Source: Haplodiscus bocki (taxonomy: Eukaryota). From it: a stretch of DNA of 64,000 bases. Below, piece after piece: positions 27,408 to 38,796 of this stretch. Location: contig CBFHFQ010000202.1 in assembly GCA_965655095.1 (NCBI GenBank), positions 1-64,000 on the forward strand. Direction: 5' to 3'. The notes under the pieces are model-generated. The model saw only the letters and a list, made by a program, of their open reading frames with translations. It was not told where the DNA came from and did no database searches. The position numbers and the translations under genes are program-made. Position 1 is the stretch's first letter; each line of letters opens with the position of its first letter.

Positions 27408-29716
27408 ATGCTTCTGCTTTTCTTCTCCTTAAAATTCATTTCTGCTCCTGTTCGAAGTGGTATCAGCTTCTAACATTGCAGCCACCGCAAATTCCGACTA
27501 AGTTACGAAAAAAAGAGTTTGTTTAACCAGGTTCGTAAAATCTTACCGAGTGGAAAATTTTTTCGCGTCGAAGTTCTTGTTCCGTTTCCGACTTACGCCT
27601 TCACTATGAACCCCGATAATGAACACATTATTCGCCAACTTTCCTTAATGTGGGAAACTCCTTCCTTTTTGAGTCCGTTAAATTTTTCAAGCCAATTTGC
27701 GACAAACACTACTGGCTTCAATGTCAATTGGATGTTACATCAAATTAGTCATGAGATTTTGTTAGCGCAACACAACCCCGCGCTATCCGGAACGAAACAG
27801 CTATATTTTCAACAACAGATAAGCCTCCAAAGTCTACTCGACAACGTCGCGACGCCAGTATGGGATTTGCGTTTGTTGCCGTTCTTGGATTTTTCGGTGG
27901 AGACCCTGCTGTAGGTGGTTCCAATTTTCTTGGTTTACGTAGTGTTTTTGGGATTTCTCAAAATCAATCCGAGCAAACGCAGAAAGTGTACGCCACCTTG
28001 CTGTTTTCCAAAACCGTCTCAGTGAATACGTTACGAAGTTCATGGCCAACACGGATGAAAAAATCTTTCTTGCTGAAATTGAATTGGCAGCTCTCAATAC
28101 AATTCAATCTGAAACTGGCGCGACCCAAGAGAAGAGCTGGGCCATGAACCAAGATAAGTTGGCATTTTATGAACAAAACTTTTGATTTCTACATGGTTGT
28201 GATCAACTTTTGTTTGCAAATCAGCCGCCTTATTTTAGTTTTGATACTGCCTTTTCTCTAATTTCAATGTTTCGTGCTAGCGTGAGAACCTATCGTTTAG
28301 CTTTGTTCACATGACCATTTTTGTTAAAACGAAAATTTCCAAGGCCGCTCGTTCCTAAGAAGTTGCTTCTAATGATAATGGATAGTGTCAGTCTCCGACA
28401 GTCAGAAGCCGAAGATGGCTTAACCTCTGATATACAAGTGAGCGGTTTGTTGTCTTTTTATGATTCTTGCTTGCTCGTTGACGCTACTATGGTATCAGAA
28501 CGACTTTTGTTGACTCTTAACATACCACTTGCTTCACCGCAAACTGTTAATACGCTTTTCGAAGCGAAACTTATTCCGATGTTTTTTCCGGGCAACCCTC
28601 AGACTGCTCTTAAATGGAACATCAAAGCTCCATATTAAGCACTCTCTGAGAATAAACATGAGTCGTGGTCTTATTTCTGGAACAATAGGAGGACTGTCGC
28701 GGTTTGTCGAAGTACCGAATTTACTATGGAACATTCCCAGCATAAATGGGACACCCTTCTTTCATTGCAATTTTGATCTTCTTTTAGTCCTTTTATTGCA
28801 TTAGTTGTTTGTGAAACTACTGCTATCACCTTACCCAGCCTTGAACAAGCTTTGAACCTCGGTTTTGGTATAAGGCCTGTTAAATCTGCCAGAGCTGATA
28901 TCACTTTCCGGCAATCAGAGTCTTTAGCAACATCAACCTCAACAAGATCATTTGCTGGTTGTCGTATTTGCATCACCAACATCGCGTGTGGCATGCAAGT
29001 TCGCACGGGGCAATTCTTCTTAAGATTGGCTCTTGCATCATGTTCAACTATTCCGGCAATTAAAGATTGTTTTTGCTGGATTCGCTGGATTCTATGATCA
29101 TGCAAGCACCCGTTAGACGACATACCATTGTAAACCTCGGAAACAGAAGCAGGAGTAACTATTTTAGAAGCAGTACAAAAGAAGCTGGTAAGCAGCCCCC
29201 AAGTCCACGAAGTCAATCAAACGGTGGAAATAGCAAAACCGTTTGCACAGGACATGAGACTTTTGAAACCCGCACTCACCCTCAAAACTAATCAGTATTT
29301 ACCTTTCAAAGTGCCTTTTACGATGACCTTCATTGTTTTCATCATCGCAACAGTGCTGAATCTTGTTTTCCACTACATGTATCACCGGTTTAATCAAAAA
29401 GATTACATCTTTCTGAAAACATTCACGAAAAAGAACACTACAAAACCGGAGCTGCAAATTCCAAAAGAATTCTCAGGAGAATTTTGAACCAAGCTTTCAA
29501 GTTTTTATCTCTTGCTTGCTCCTGCTGCGATTGAAATATCATAGAAACCTCCGAATCTCCTTGATAGAAACAATAACTCCAACAGTAACCTCGGAGCAGC
29601 CACTTCCATTCACATGCTGCCTTATTACGCACCTATGGAAGCGAACGCGAAAATCTGTGACTGCTATCGCGCCTCAACTGGAAAATTTCTATGCGTCATT
29701 CCCCAAAAATTTTTGA
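27408..29716 (+). pseudogene. env: env-like class I fusion glycoprotein (F-type) of Gypsy A (decayed)
   Basis: Signal-peptide-like start MLLLFFSLKFISA at 27408. Furin site RQRR at 27839-27850. Hydrophobic Gly-rich fusion peptide DASMGFAFVAVLGFFGG. Heptad-repeat region, Cys-rich ectodomain (GCRICITNIACG...ASCS), TM segment FTMTFIVFIIATVLNLVFHYMY at ~29317-29385, then a cytoplasmic tail. Confidence 0.85.
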
Positions 29717-30127
29717 AAATCAAACTTCCACTGCTTGATTGACTCGAAATCTCATTTCAATCAATAAATGTGATTATCAAAACCAAAACATGCCTTTTTC
29801 AAAAAGTTTCTGCAATAATATGTGGAATAAAAATCTAAAAAATTCTGTTTGAATACACCACACGACAGGACGTAACGCAAGCTTGTGACTGGCACAAAAA
29901 TTACGTCAAAAGATGATCACATGACAAAAGTTTGGGCCATTGGCAATCTTGGAACGGCTATCACTTGAAAATACCTTTCTACTTAACGGATATTTTTTTT
30001 GGGTTCATTTTTTGTTTTTACTAACTCAACTTGTGTCTTTCAGTCGTTTCAGTTCATGAATTTCACTGGATTCCTCCACTGGATGATGTGCTCTTTTGAC
30101 AGGCCAGAAGTGTTTGAACGGAGTATT

Positions 30128-30500
30128 TGTCTTATAGTGAAACATTACTATAGTTGAGGACAGATGAACGTGAACTTACAACATCGATTTTCTTTGAGGT
30201 TTCAACTACTAACTTCTGAAACATTCCTTGATGAAGTTCTTGACACTTAGTCCAAAAACGTTTTGAACCTCAGATGATGAACTTCGAATAACTTGGATAA
30301 TTTGTTCATCATGTGTGTACAATGTCGAAAAAACTGAAACTTTTAGTAGCAAACTCAGAAGATTTACAAATTGAAACCTGCAACGTTCGTTTTTAACTAA
30401 CCAAGAAACCACCGTTGTCCGCAAGCACCGAACCGAAACTTCTCCGAACGCCATAAGAAATCTGCTCAAATTCAATCAATCAAGACCTGGAACAACGACA
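30128..30500 (+). repeat. 3' LTR of Gypsy A (373 bp)
   Basis: Starts TGTCTT and ends ACGACA (imperfect inverted termini). Preceded by a purine-rich PPT remnant gaacggagta. Homologous to 16185-16560. Confidence 0.8.
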
Positions 30501-33500
30501 TGAAACCTTTGGTAATTACGTATTCACGCCTGGCAGGGCAACCATGTTCAATCCCAACCTCAACGGTCCTAGATTTTACCCATACTTTCGAGAAAACTTT
30601 TCTCGGAAGACTCGGTAAACCTTTGCCTTTGTTGAAGAAAATTTTGAAAGGCCGTGGCATTTTGATTCGTCAGTCATTGAGAAGTTTGATTGTTCCGGTA
30701 GGCACACTGCGCCAGCGGCGTTCAGGTGGAAAACAAAGGACTTTACTACCTCCTCTTGTTGTAGCAACGGCGTTAAGACAGTTTTTTGGCAAATCCGGAT
30801 TAGTGGCGTCTACATAAAATCGACTGCCAAAGGAGCGGTAAATCCGGTGAAAGGATTCAATTCGGATTGGCATGATTCACAAAACGCGCTCGATACCAGC
30901 TGCCGACACTCTACGACACTTCTCCTACGTAATGAAAGCTGTCAAACGGAGCTGTTTTTATTCCTCGGGAAAGAAGCTGCTATCATGGAACCTAATTGAT
31001 GTGATAAACCTATTGAATAGTTCTGTATGATTTTTGAAATATGTCCACCAGAGCACAAGGAAACTCTCCAACAATGAGAGCTAGAAAAAGGGGTCAATTC
31101 ATATCTTTCAATGCACTGCGACTGGTCAGGACGGCAAAGATTGTGTTGCGTGGACATCTATATCGTTGCCGTTGCCCGTACCGAGAGATTTCATGGATCG
31201 CTTTTTATATGTGGTTTTTGAACTGCATCAGGGTTTGAAGACTATAAAATATCGCTATCGTCAAACAACGCCAACATTACAAGTATATATTTAGTGCAAA
31301 TTCATCTAAACAGTATGGTCGACGTGACAAAATATGCTTTTTTGGGGTTGACGGGACTAATGATGAGGCTGTATCTGAAGGTGTGGTAGAGATTGCCAAC
31401 AACATCGGAGTGACTATATCCAAACATGATGTAAGTGTGTGTCATCGCTTGCCTCTAGGAACGCTGAATCACACCCGAAAATTGCAAGTGTTGTCCGAAG
31501 TGAAATCAAAGTTTGCGTTATGACTCGCAAAAGATTTCTAAAAAACTCATCAACAAAATTCTTATCAATGACGATGTAACACTATTGCGGGCAAAAAAAG
31601 CAAAATCTTTTCGCCAGCACCTTGTAGTGAAATAGGTCAAAATGTTTAACGAAAAAGTAGTTTTAAAAAATCTAATGATAAAAAGCATATTTTCAAGAAT
31701 TTATTTGATTGAACTAAATAGGACATGGAATTTTTTGATTCTGTAGGTAAGGAGTTCTGGTATTTTTGGTAAGGGACCTCTCAATAAAACGACCCCACCC
31801 ATATATTGAACTAAAGTTCAACAAAGTATTAGGAAAGACATTTAGACCAGTCGAGAAAGCAATGAATGCATTTTCAAGTCAAAATTCGCTCGCCTGGTAA
31901 AGATTATGAGAACTCAGAAGCTTTTGGCAATAAATAAGCCATCTGTTGAATGTTCATCAGAAGCATGGTTATCGAAGGTGGATGAAATTCAAAAGTCCAC
32001 TTAAACAAATACTTGCTTCCGGTGTTTCATACTGGCTTCAATAGAAATGGCCATGCAGTCATTGATGTTCACGAGTTCACCAAATTTGAGGTGTTATGCA
32101 CCGAAGCAAGCTTACTGCAATATCGGAACGAGTAAAAACAACCAAAGTTTTGTTGTGGTTTGCTTGTACATCTCTCAATCCTTCAATTATTCTTCAATTG
32201 TGGAAGAGTTTGAATTGTTACTGAACGACATTTCTAACTTAATGGGTTCCACAGGTTTTATTGTAGGCGATATGAATTTTGATCTGCTGAAAAAAGGCTA
32301 TCTGTCTAGTATTTATTCAAGTTTTGTGCAGTTTAACGCAATGACTCAACTGATAGAGACTGCAAACGACTCACCATAGATTCGGCAACTCTGATTGATC
32401 AAATATTTCATAATCATTTCATTATTAATCCTAACTGTGGTATACTTGATGGTGGTTTATCTGACCACTGTGTTAATCTCCAGAAATTGCCGTTTTCTGG
32501 TAAAAAAAATTTTTGCTTCCATTTATGATGAAAATGCAAGACAAGTTTTTTTAGTTTTACTTTCAAATCAATTGAAAATGTCAATCCCAATGATGACCTC
32601 TGCCTAGAAATTCGAAATGTTTTTGGAATCAATACAACACAGTATTGAACTATGCAGCTCTGGAAAACAATCCAAAAACTGCAAACAAACTTGGTTTAAT
32701 TAGAATGTTCAAAATGCTATCAGTAAGAAAATACAGGCAATGAAGCATTTCAGAGAAAAACCAACTGCTTCGAATAAAACAGTACTCCTAACAGTTAGTC
32801 GAAAAACATGTTTGTTTGTTAAAGAAGTCAAATGTAATCAATTTTGAAACATATTTGCAAATTTTGCAAAAAAACATAAAAAAAAACATTATAAAAAGCC
32901 CAATAAAGTGACAATTAAACGAAGAGTGAAAATAATCTGACTCTAAATAGAGAAGAAAAGAAGTAGAAACAGAGGAAATCAATTTCTCCAACAGTTATTT
33001 GTTAAAAAAATGTTACTTTTGCAAAACTTGTTAAATGTTCAACCACAGAGGAGCTGAAAGAATGTATTAAACGTTTTGATAATATTGACGACGTTATGTT
33101 TGCCTTCCCAATTAGTGTGATTGGTTCATGTTTGGTAGGTAACTTGAAAAAAATAAAGCCGTTGGACTTCTTGGTGTCTCATCTGAAATGCCTGAAATTT
33201 CGCAATCGGTGAGTATTTTTGTTTTAATTGAATTTCCTATTCTATCTTTGTCATGCAGTTGGTTCCCGAACTCTCTATAGGTTGCCAAAGTATAACCCTG
33301 ACATACACCGGGTGACCAAAAGGGATATCAAAAACTATACCTCACTTTGGATTCTAACAGCTAGTAGTAAAGTGTTCGAGAAAACTTTGTATGTACGATT
33401 ATACTTATTTTTCGATAAAAAAAAAGAGTTTTTTTTCCGGGAGCAGTTTGGTTTTTTATAGCAAACGAAGTACTATCGACGCTGCTGCTGAAGTTACAGA

Positions 33501-34195
33501 GCAATTTAAGCAAGGAAGCATTGCTACTATTTCGTACGCATTGCTCGATTTGCGTAAAGCAATTGATTCCACTAATCAAAAAATTACATTAGCTAAACTT
33601 GAAAAACAATTTTTCAGAGGAATTTCTTTACAGTGTTTTGAATCAATTTCAAAGGAACTACGTCAGTGTGTTCATGTAGATGATTTATCTTCGGATTTCC
33701 TGTACCTGCTGGTACGAGTACCGCAAAGCTATAGTCTCACAGCCTATATGGGCTTTAATATACAATAATGATCTCCCAGGTGCTTCTGAATTTCTTCACT
33801 CAATTTTATTCGCTGACGACACGAATCTGATTTATTGTAAACGTAAAGATGATTTGTTTTTGCTAATTAACCTTTTAGAAAGTATTCCGAAACACCTTTC
33901 TGTCGAAAAACTCGCTGTAATTATCGATAAAATTGGAGCCATAACTTTTAGCAATCAGGGTGATCAGATTCAAATATCAGACTTCAGCATTGAGGGAAAT
34001 ATTTGTGTGAGAAGTTTTGGCATTTTCTTCGATTATCATTTAATTTTTTTTCATATTGCTGAGGTAGTGGAAAAACTGTCAAAACATTCTTCAGTAAAAT
34101 CACGAGTTAGACACTATGTTGAAAAGCGTAGCCTTCTCCAGTGGTATAATACTTAACCGGGTTTCGCATAGGGTCATTTATGTTTTCGCTGAATA

Positions 34196-34222
34196 TGTTG
34201 TTGTTGTTGTTGTTGTTGTTGT
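34196..34222 (-). repeat. (ACA)9 microsatellite 3' tail of LINE D
   Basis: (TGT)9 on the + strand, directly adjoining the short 3' UTR, which contains the perfect palindrome GCAGCATGCTGC at 34232-34243. Confidence 0.95.
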
Positions 34223-34268
34223 AGGGTCTTCGCAGCATGCTGCAGGGCGTTGCATCCCATTCAGCGTT

Positions 34269-37074
34269 CTAGATTGTTGTCCACAAGTCTCTGCACTGGT
34301 GACAGTCACAGGCTGCCTGCCAAGTACAGACATTTTGGAATGAGAACTTTTCTTCAAATATCGCTTTCATTGTTCTCAGAATCCTACTTTTGAGTCCAGC
34401 CTTTTCGTCAAAGATGATATACAAGTTAAGTCTGTTCGCTAATCGGCTATTTCTGAAGAAGAATTCCGATCTCGCTTTCTCCGTTCGGGCTCCACCTGTT
34501 TCGAAGAGTGTGCGTGTTCGCCTGTTTGGTGGAACTCTAGGGGGTATCATCTCATGTTGTTCATCACACAGGGAGGAGAACAGGAGTAAGTCATTAACTT
34601 GCAAAAACATGGGCAGTGGGAGGAGATTGAGAGTACTGAGTTGACGTTTGTAATCGTCAGACTGATTGCCCATTATCCATTTGATGGCTTTCCGCTGGAA
34701 ACGTTCAAGCCTGTTTAGGTCCGTCCTGTTAGGGCTGTAGCAGTGAAATCCGTAGGTCAGTATCGGGAGAATTAACGATTTATACAGACCAAGTTTGACC
34801 TGGCGGCTGATCTGATAAGCGACATTTCGCCTGACGTAATAAAGGGCGTTTCTGGCTTTCGCCAGTCTGACATCGACATGTCTAGTTGAGCTCAGTTTTT
34901 GGTCTATCATTACACCCAGATCCTTGACTTCGCTTGAAGATTCAAGCACTGATCCCATCAATTTGAAGTTCTTGTTTATGCCTCGAAAAGTGAGTTTGGC
35001 ACATTTGTCCATTGCTAGGCTCATTTTGTTCTCGTTTACCCAACTTTCGATTGCTCTCAAGTCTCTTTGGAGAGAAATAGAGTCAGGCTTTATTGCAAGT
35101 ATTTTGAGATCGTCGGCGAAGATATAGGGCTCACTGAATTTGAGGCGGTCAGGGAGGTCATTGATGAAAATGCAAAAGAGTAAAGGCCCGAGAAGGGACC
35201 CTTGAGGGACGCCACTGTTGACAGGTAAGGTTATGGACCTTTGGTTGTCAACTCTCACATACTGTTTTCGATCTTTCAGGTAGTCAACAAGTACCTCAAG
35301 GAAACATCCTCCAACTCCGGTGTTCGCTACTTTTTGCAGTAGTTCAAAGTGAGGGACTTTGTCGAATGCCTTCGAGAAGTCAGTATAGAAGGCTACTACA
35401 TCATCCTGACTGTTGTTGTCAAGGGCCTTATGTATTTTTGTTCAGGAAGAGTAACATGTTCGTCATGACGGATCTTCCTCTCGTGAATCCATGTTGACTA
35501 TGGGTCAGAAACTGCTCAAAGTGGTTGTAGAGGGGTTCATACATGCACTTCTCAAGCACCTTGCTATCTATATTCAGTAAGGAGATAGGTCGCCAGTTTT
35601 CGACTGACCTTCGGTCTCCTTTCTTGAATATGGGTGAGACGGCAGCAGTTTTCCATGTCGCGGGAAGCTTGCCGAGACGTTTGATATTGCGCAGGAGTTT
35701 GTGTAGGGCTGGAGTTATTTCAAGAGCGGTTTTGTTGAAGAAGATGGGTGGTAGGCCATTTGGTCCTCTTGTTTTTGTGACATCTAAGGACGAAAGAATT
35801 TTCCTGATTTTACTTTTGGAGACATTGAAATTTGTCAGAATGCTTTGTTCGGCCTTGATATCGGCGTGTGTGAACACTTGTTTGGAGGAGAAGACTGATT
35901 GGAAAAAGTTGTTCAGCAAGTTGATTTTGTCAACGGGCGCTGTCACGGTACTTTCCCATCGGTCATTTCGTTGGGGAGGGAAATCGATTTTTTGAGACTC
36001 TTCAAATGCTTGAATATTCCATCTGTGTTTCGCGAACCCATCAGTTCCTCTTGATAGTTTTTTCTATCTGTTTCACATGCGGAGAACACTATATTTTCCA
36101 GATTAGTTACTGCTGTTTTTCGATACGAGGTCGGTTTGCGGCTGAGCAAACGTTTTTGTGTACCAAGTTGCTTGATCAAATGCGAGGTACTGCGAGTAAT
36201 CCAGGGTGGTAGTTGCTGCCTGTGGAAGGTGCGTCTTGGAACGTGTCTTTCGATTATGGAATCAAAGTACTTGTATAGTTCTTCCGTCATTTTGTCAATA
36301 TTGGTGTGACAGATAGAGTCAAAAGGCGCGGAGCGCATTGCTTCGTTCATAGCATCATAGTCACCGCTTCCGAAGCTTCGACATCTTTCCAGGGTCGGTT
36401 TCTTTTCATAGAGTGCACATTCCAACTGTAGCAGGATGGCGTGGTGGTCTGAACAGTCGTATACATTCTCGAAGGAATCATCTCGCTTGGCGTGTATATG
36501 ACAATTTGAATAGAAGGCGACGTCCAGAATGTTTTGGCCACACGTTTTGAAATCAATGGCTTGTAGAAGGCAATGATCCTCGAATTCGTCGAGAACTTGT
36601 TGTTCGTAGTCAGAGAGACTGGTTAAGGAACTCCAGTTCGTTTCTGGGAAGTTTATATCTCCACAGATAACTAATTGGGAGGTTTTGGGAAGAAATTAAG
36701 TAGATTTATGAAGTCGGCTAGTTCATATCGGTATTTACTCGAAGCTGGGGGGTTGTAGAATACACATATAATTATGGTTACATCACAGATTGTGATCTTG
36801 CACGCAATACTGCTGTCGGGCATGTTCGGGTTGTGGACTTCCTCGGCGGCAAGTTGTTTTTGACAGCAATCAATGACCCTCCATGGGGGTTTTGATCATG
36901 AAGTGCTTTACGGTCTGCTCTGAAGATGTCATAGCCGTCAACTAAGAGCTCACTGGAGGCAATGTTGACGTTAAGCCAAGTTTCACAGAGACATATAATG
37001 TTATAGTTATTGGAGGTGATTGCATTTGCTAATTTGGCTCTTCGATCAAAGTTCACTAGGCTTCTGACGTTCAT
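34269..37074 (-). CDS. LINE D ORF2: APE endonuclease plus reverse transcriptase (several single-base frameshifts as assembled)
   Basis: MNVRSL, CLCETWL, YNPP, ICGDINFP and SDH (APE). WRPISLL, HSQHGF, YTDFSKAFDKV, SGVPQGSLLGP, FADD and KDLGV (RT). Terminal CTWQAACDCHQC. Confidence 0.95.
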
Positions 37075-37097
37075 TTGAAGGATGTTGACGAAGTTTT

Positions 37098-38008
37098 CTA
37101 GTCAATCAAGGTAGGAGGTCCACCTGAATCTGTCGAGGAGACTTCTACTTTCTCACCATCTAGAAAAAGCTCGAGATTTCTGACACTCAGTTTTTCTCTT
37201 TCTACTCCATTGTTGATCAACTCCCTTCTCTTCTTGAGAATTTGGTTCTCTCGGATAGCATCCTCACGTGAAAGGGCAGGGAGAAGATAGAGATTGGCTT
37301 TGGACAGTTCATCTCTTTTTCTACGGGCTGTGGCCAGAAGTAAGCTCACTTCATGTTCATTTGAGAGGGTGACAAGCAGTGGTCTAGGTTTAGTTCTCGC
37401 ATTGTCGAATTTTCCCATGCGTTTCATTTCAACAATTTGTGGCTTGGGCTGAAGGCCCAAGAGTGTCCATCATCTTGTTAACTTCATCACATGTCGGGAC
37501 AAGATTTTCAGCTTTGGATTTAGCAGGATCCTCTCGAATTCCTTGAATTCGAAAGCTTTGATGAATGTTGTGACGTGGACTGGGTTTCGTTTGACTTTCG
37601 TCGATTTTTGCTTTTTCGGTTTTTAAGTTTGTCGAGAGAACAGAACTGTAGGTTTTTTTCCACTTTCTCGCACGTGTTTTTCAGTGCTTCATCGATTTTT
37701 CTGTCAACAATTTCAGTAAGTCGCTGGTCCATGTTCAACAGTTTGTCATTTAGATCAAGGCTTTCAATCTTTTCAACCAGGTTGCTCTGGGTGAAACTTC
37801 GTACAAACTTATCGCGCACGTTGTTGTCATGACAGGACTGGCACAACAACATTGCGAGCCCACCAAGATCTTTTATGCCGTTGACTGCCACTGGGGTTAG
37901 TCCAGTGCAACTTGAACTGAGGTGGAAGCATGCATTGCAAGCTACACAGGTGTAGATTGGTTCATTTGCAGTGACATTCCGCTTACATGTTTTGCACGTT
38001 TTAGTCAT
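37098..38008 (-). CDS. LINE D ORF1: PHD finger, coiled coil and RRM/CTD (frameshifted as assembled)
   Basis: CKTC...CVAC...H...C...CQSC PHD finger, coiled coil, then FRIQGIRE...RMGK...PRPLLVTL after frameshift correction. Confidence 0.9.
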
Positions 38009-38076
38009 TTTGTCGAAGAGGCTGGACTATTGGACTCCGAATTAGAAATTCAAGGAATACACAATGAGTTCTAACC

Positions 38077-38679
38077 TTATTGACTATCAGCTGCGTTCTG
38101 TTTTGCTTTCCGTCGACTTTTGGATGGCCTGGGTGTTCTCGTTCTGGTTCGATACAACTTTTTGAGATCAGGGAAGTAGTGGAGTATGACGGATAGGGTT
38201 CTCAACTCTTGATCAGCAGATTGGTGAAGTTTTTGGTACTGTCTCCGAACGCTGAGATTTTCACTTTCAGTTCTGGAAAGAATGTGAGTCGGAACGTCAA
38301 TAATGAAAACGTTTCTTTCTTTTAGGGCCAAAAGTTCAGCGAAGATGTCGGGGGCACCGTCTCGTTTGCAATGAACTACTGCGAACAGATGTGGGATTTT
38401 CTTGAGAATTGACACGAGTTCTTGTGCTGGTAGGGTCTTGTTATCGTTCGAATGGTGAGCTGTCAGAGAATTGTTTATTAGGTCGTGCCACAGTATGACC
38501 TTCTTGTTAGTGACAGCGGGGGAGTTGATGAGCGTCAAAGCTTTCAGCTCGGGGTTCGTCACTCTCGGGTTTAGGCTGTACCTTGACTTGGCGAAGACAG
38601 AGCTACCGAGTGATTCCTTGATCTCAGGATCTGATTGAAGGGCCCTTTCTAGTGAGCTGGCACCGATAACTTGGAACAT
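38077..38679 (-). CDS. LINE D ORF0: intact 200-aa putative SGNH/GDSL-hydrolase-like protein with a basic tail
   Basis: Uninterrupted ATG-to-stop ORF inside the TSD-bounded element. N-terminal VIGASS resembles block I (GDS), VILWHDLINNS resembles block III and QKLHQ resembles block V (DxxH). Arg/Lys-rich C-terminus. Confidence 0.7.
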   Translation of the reverse strand: MFQVIGASSLERALQSDPEIKESLGSSVFAKSRYSLNPRVTNPELKALTLINSPAVTNKKVILWHDLINNSLTAHHSNDNKTLPAQELVSILKKIPHLFAVVHCKRDGAPDIFAELLALKERNVFIIDVPTHILSRTESENLSVRRQYQKLHQSADQELRTLSVILHYFPDLKKLYRTRTRTPRPSKSRRKAKQNAADSQ

Positions 38680-38714
38680 TCGGGGGAAATTGGGATTTGA
38701 GGGGATTTGGGGCT

Positions 38715-38796
38715 TGGACTCGGACTCTGAGAGTCAAGGAGTACACAAGGTTACCCAAGGATCTGGACTCGGATTCTGAGAATCAAGGAGTGCACA
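38715..38796 (-). repeat. Two tandem copies (49-nt period) of a 33-nt motif in the LINE D 5' UTR; a third copy lies at 38031-38063
   Basis: tggactcggactctgagagtcaaggagtacaca / tggactcggattctgagaatcaaggagtgcaca / tggactccgaattagaaattcaaggaatacaca align without gaps. Confidence 0.9.

Larger units (their letters stand above)
16185..30500 (+). mobile_element. Decayed env-bearing Ty3/Gypsy LTR retrotransposon (Gypsy A), about 14.3 kb
   Basis: Diverged direct repeats at both ends. Internal order is gag, PR-RT-RH-IN, macrodomain, antisense ORF, env. Confidence 0.85.

Noticed and set aside
30500-31260. Several overlapping ORFs on both strands after the 3' LTR
   Set aside because: No frame gave a recognisable domain, so no call can be supported.
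6100-34198. Run of same-orientation TEs suggesting a uni-strand piRNA cluster
   Set aside because: Only four elements, and neighbouring elements are in the opposite orientation; not distinguishable from chance without small-RNA data.
34390-36212. + strand ORFs such as 35543-35995
   Set aside because: These are antisense shadows of LINE D ORF2.
38715-38796. 33-nt repeats considered as a CRISPR-like array
   Set aside because: Only two adjacent imperfect copies with a 16-nt spacer, no cas genes, and a eukaryotic LINE UTR context.
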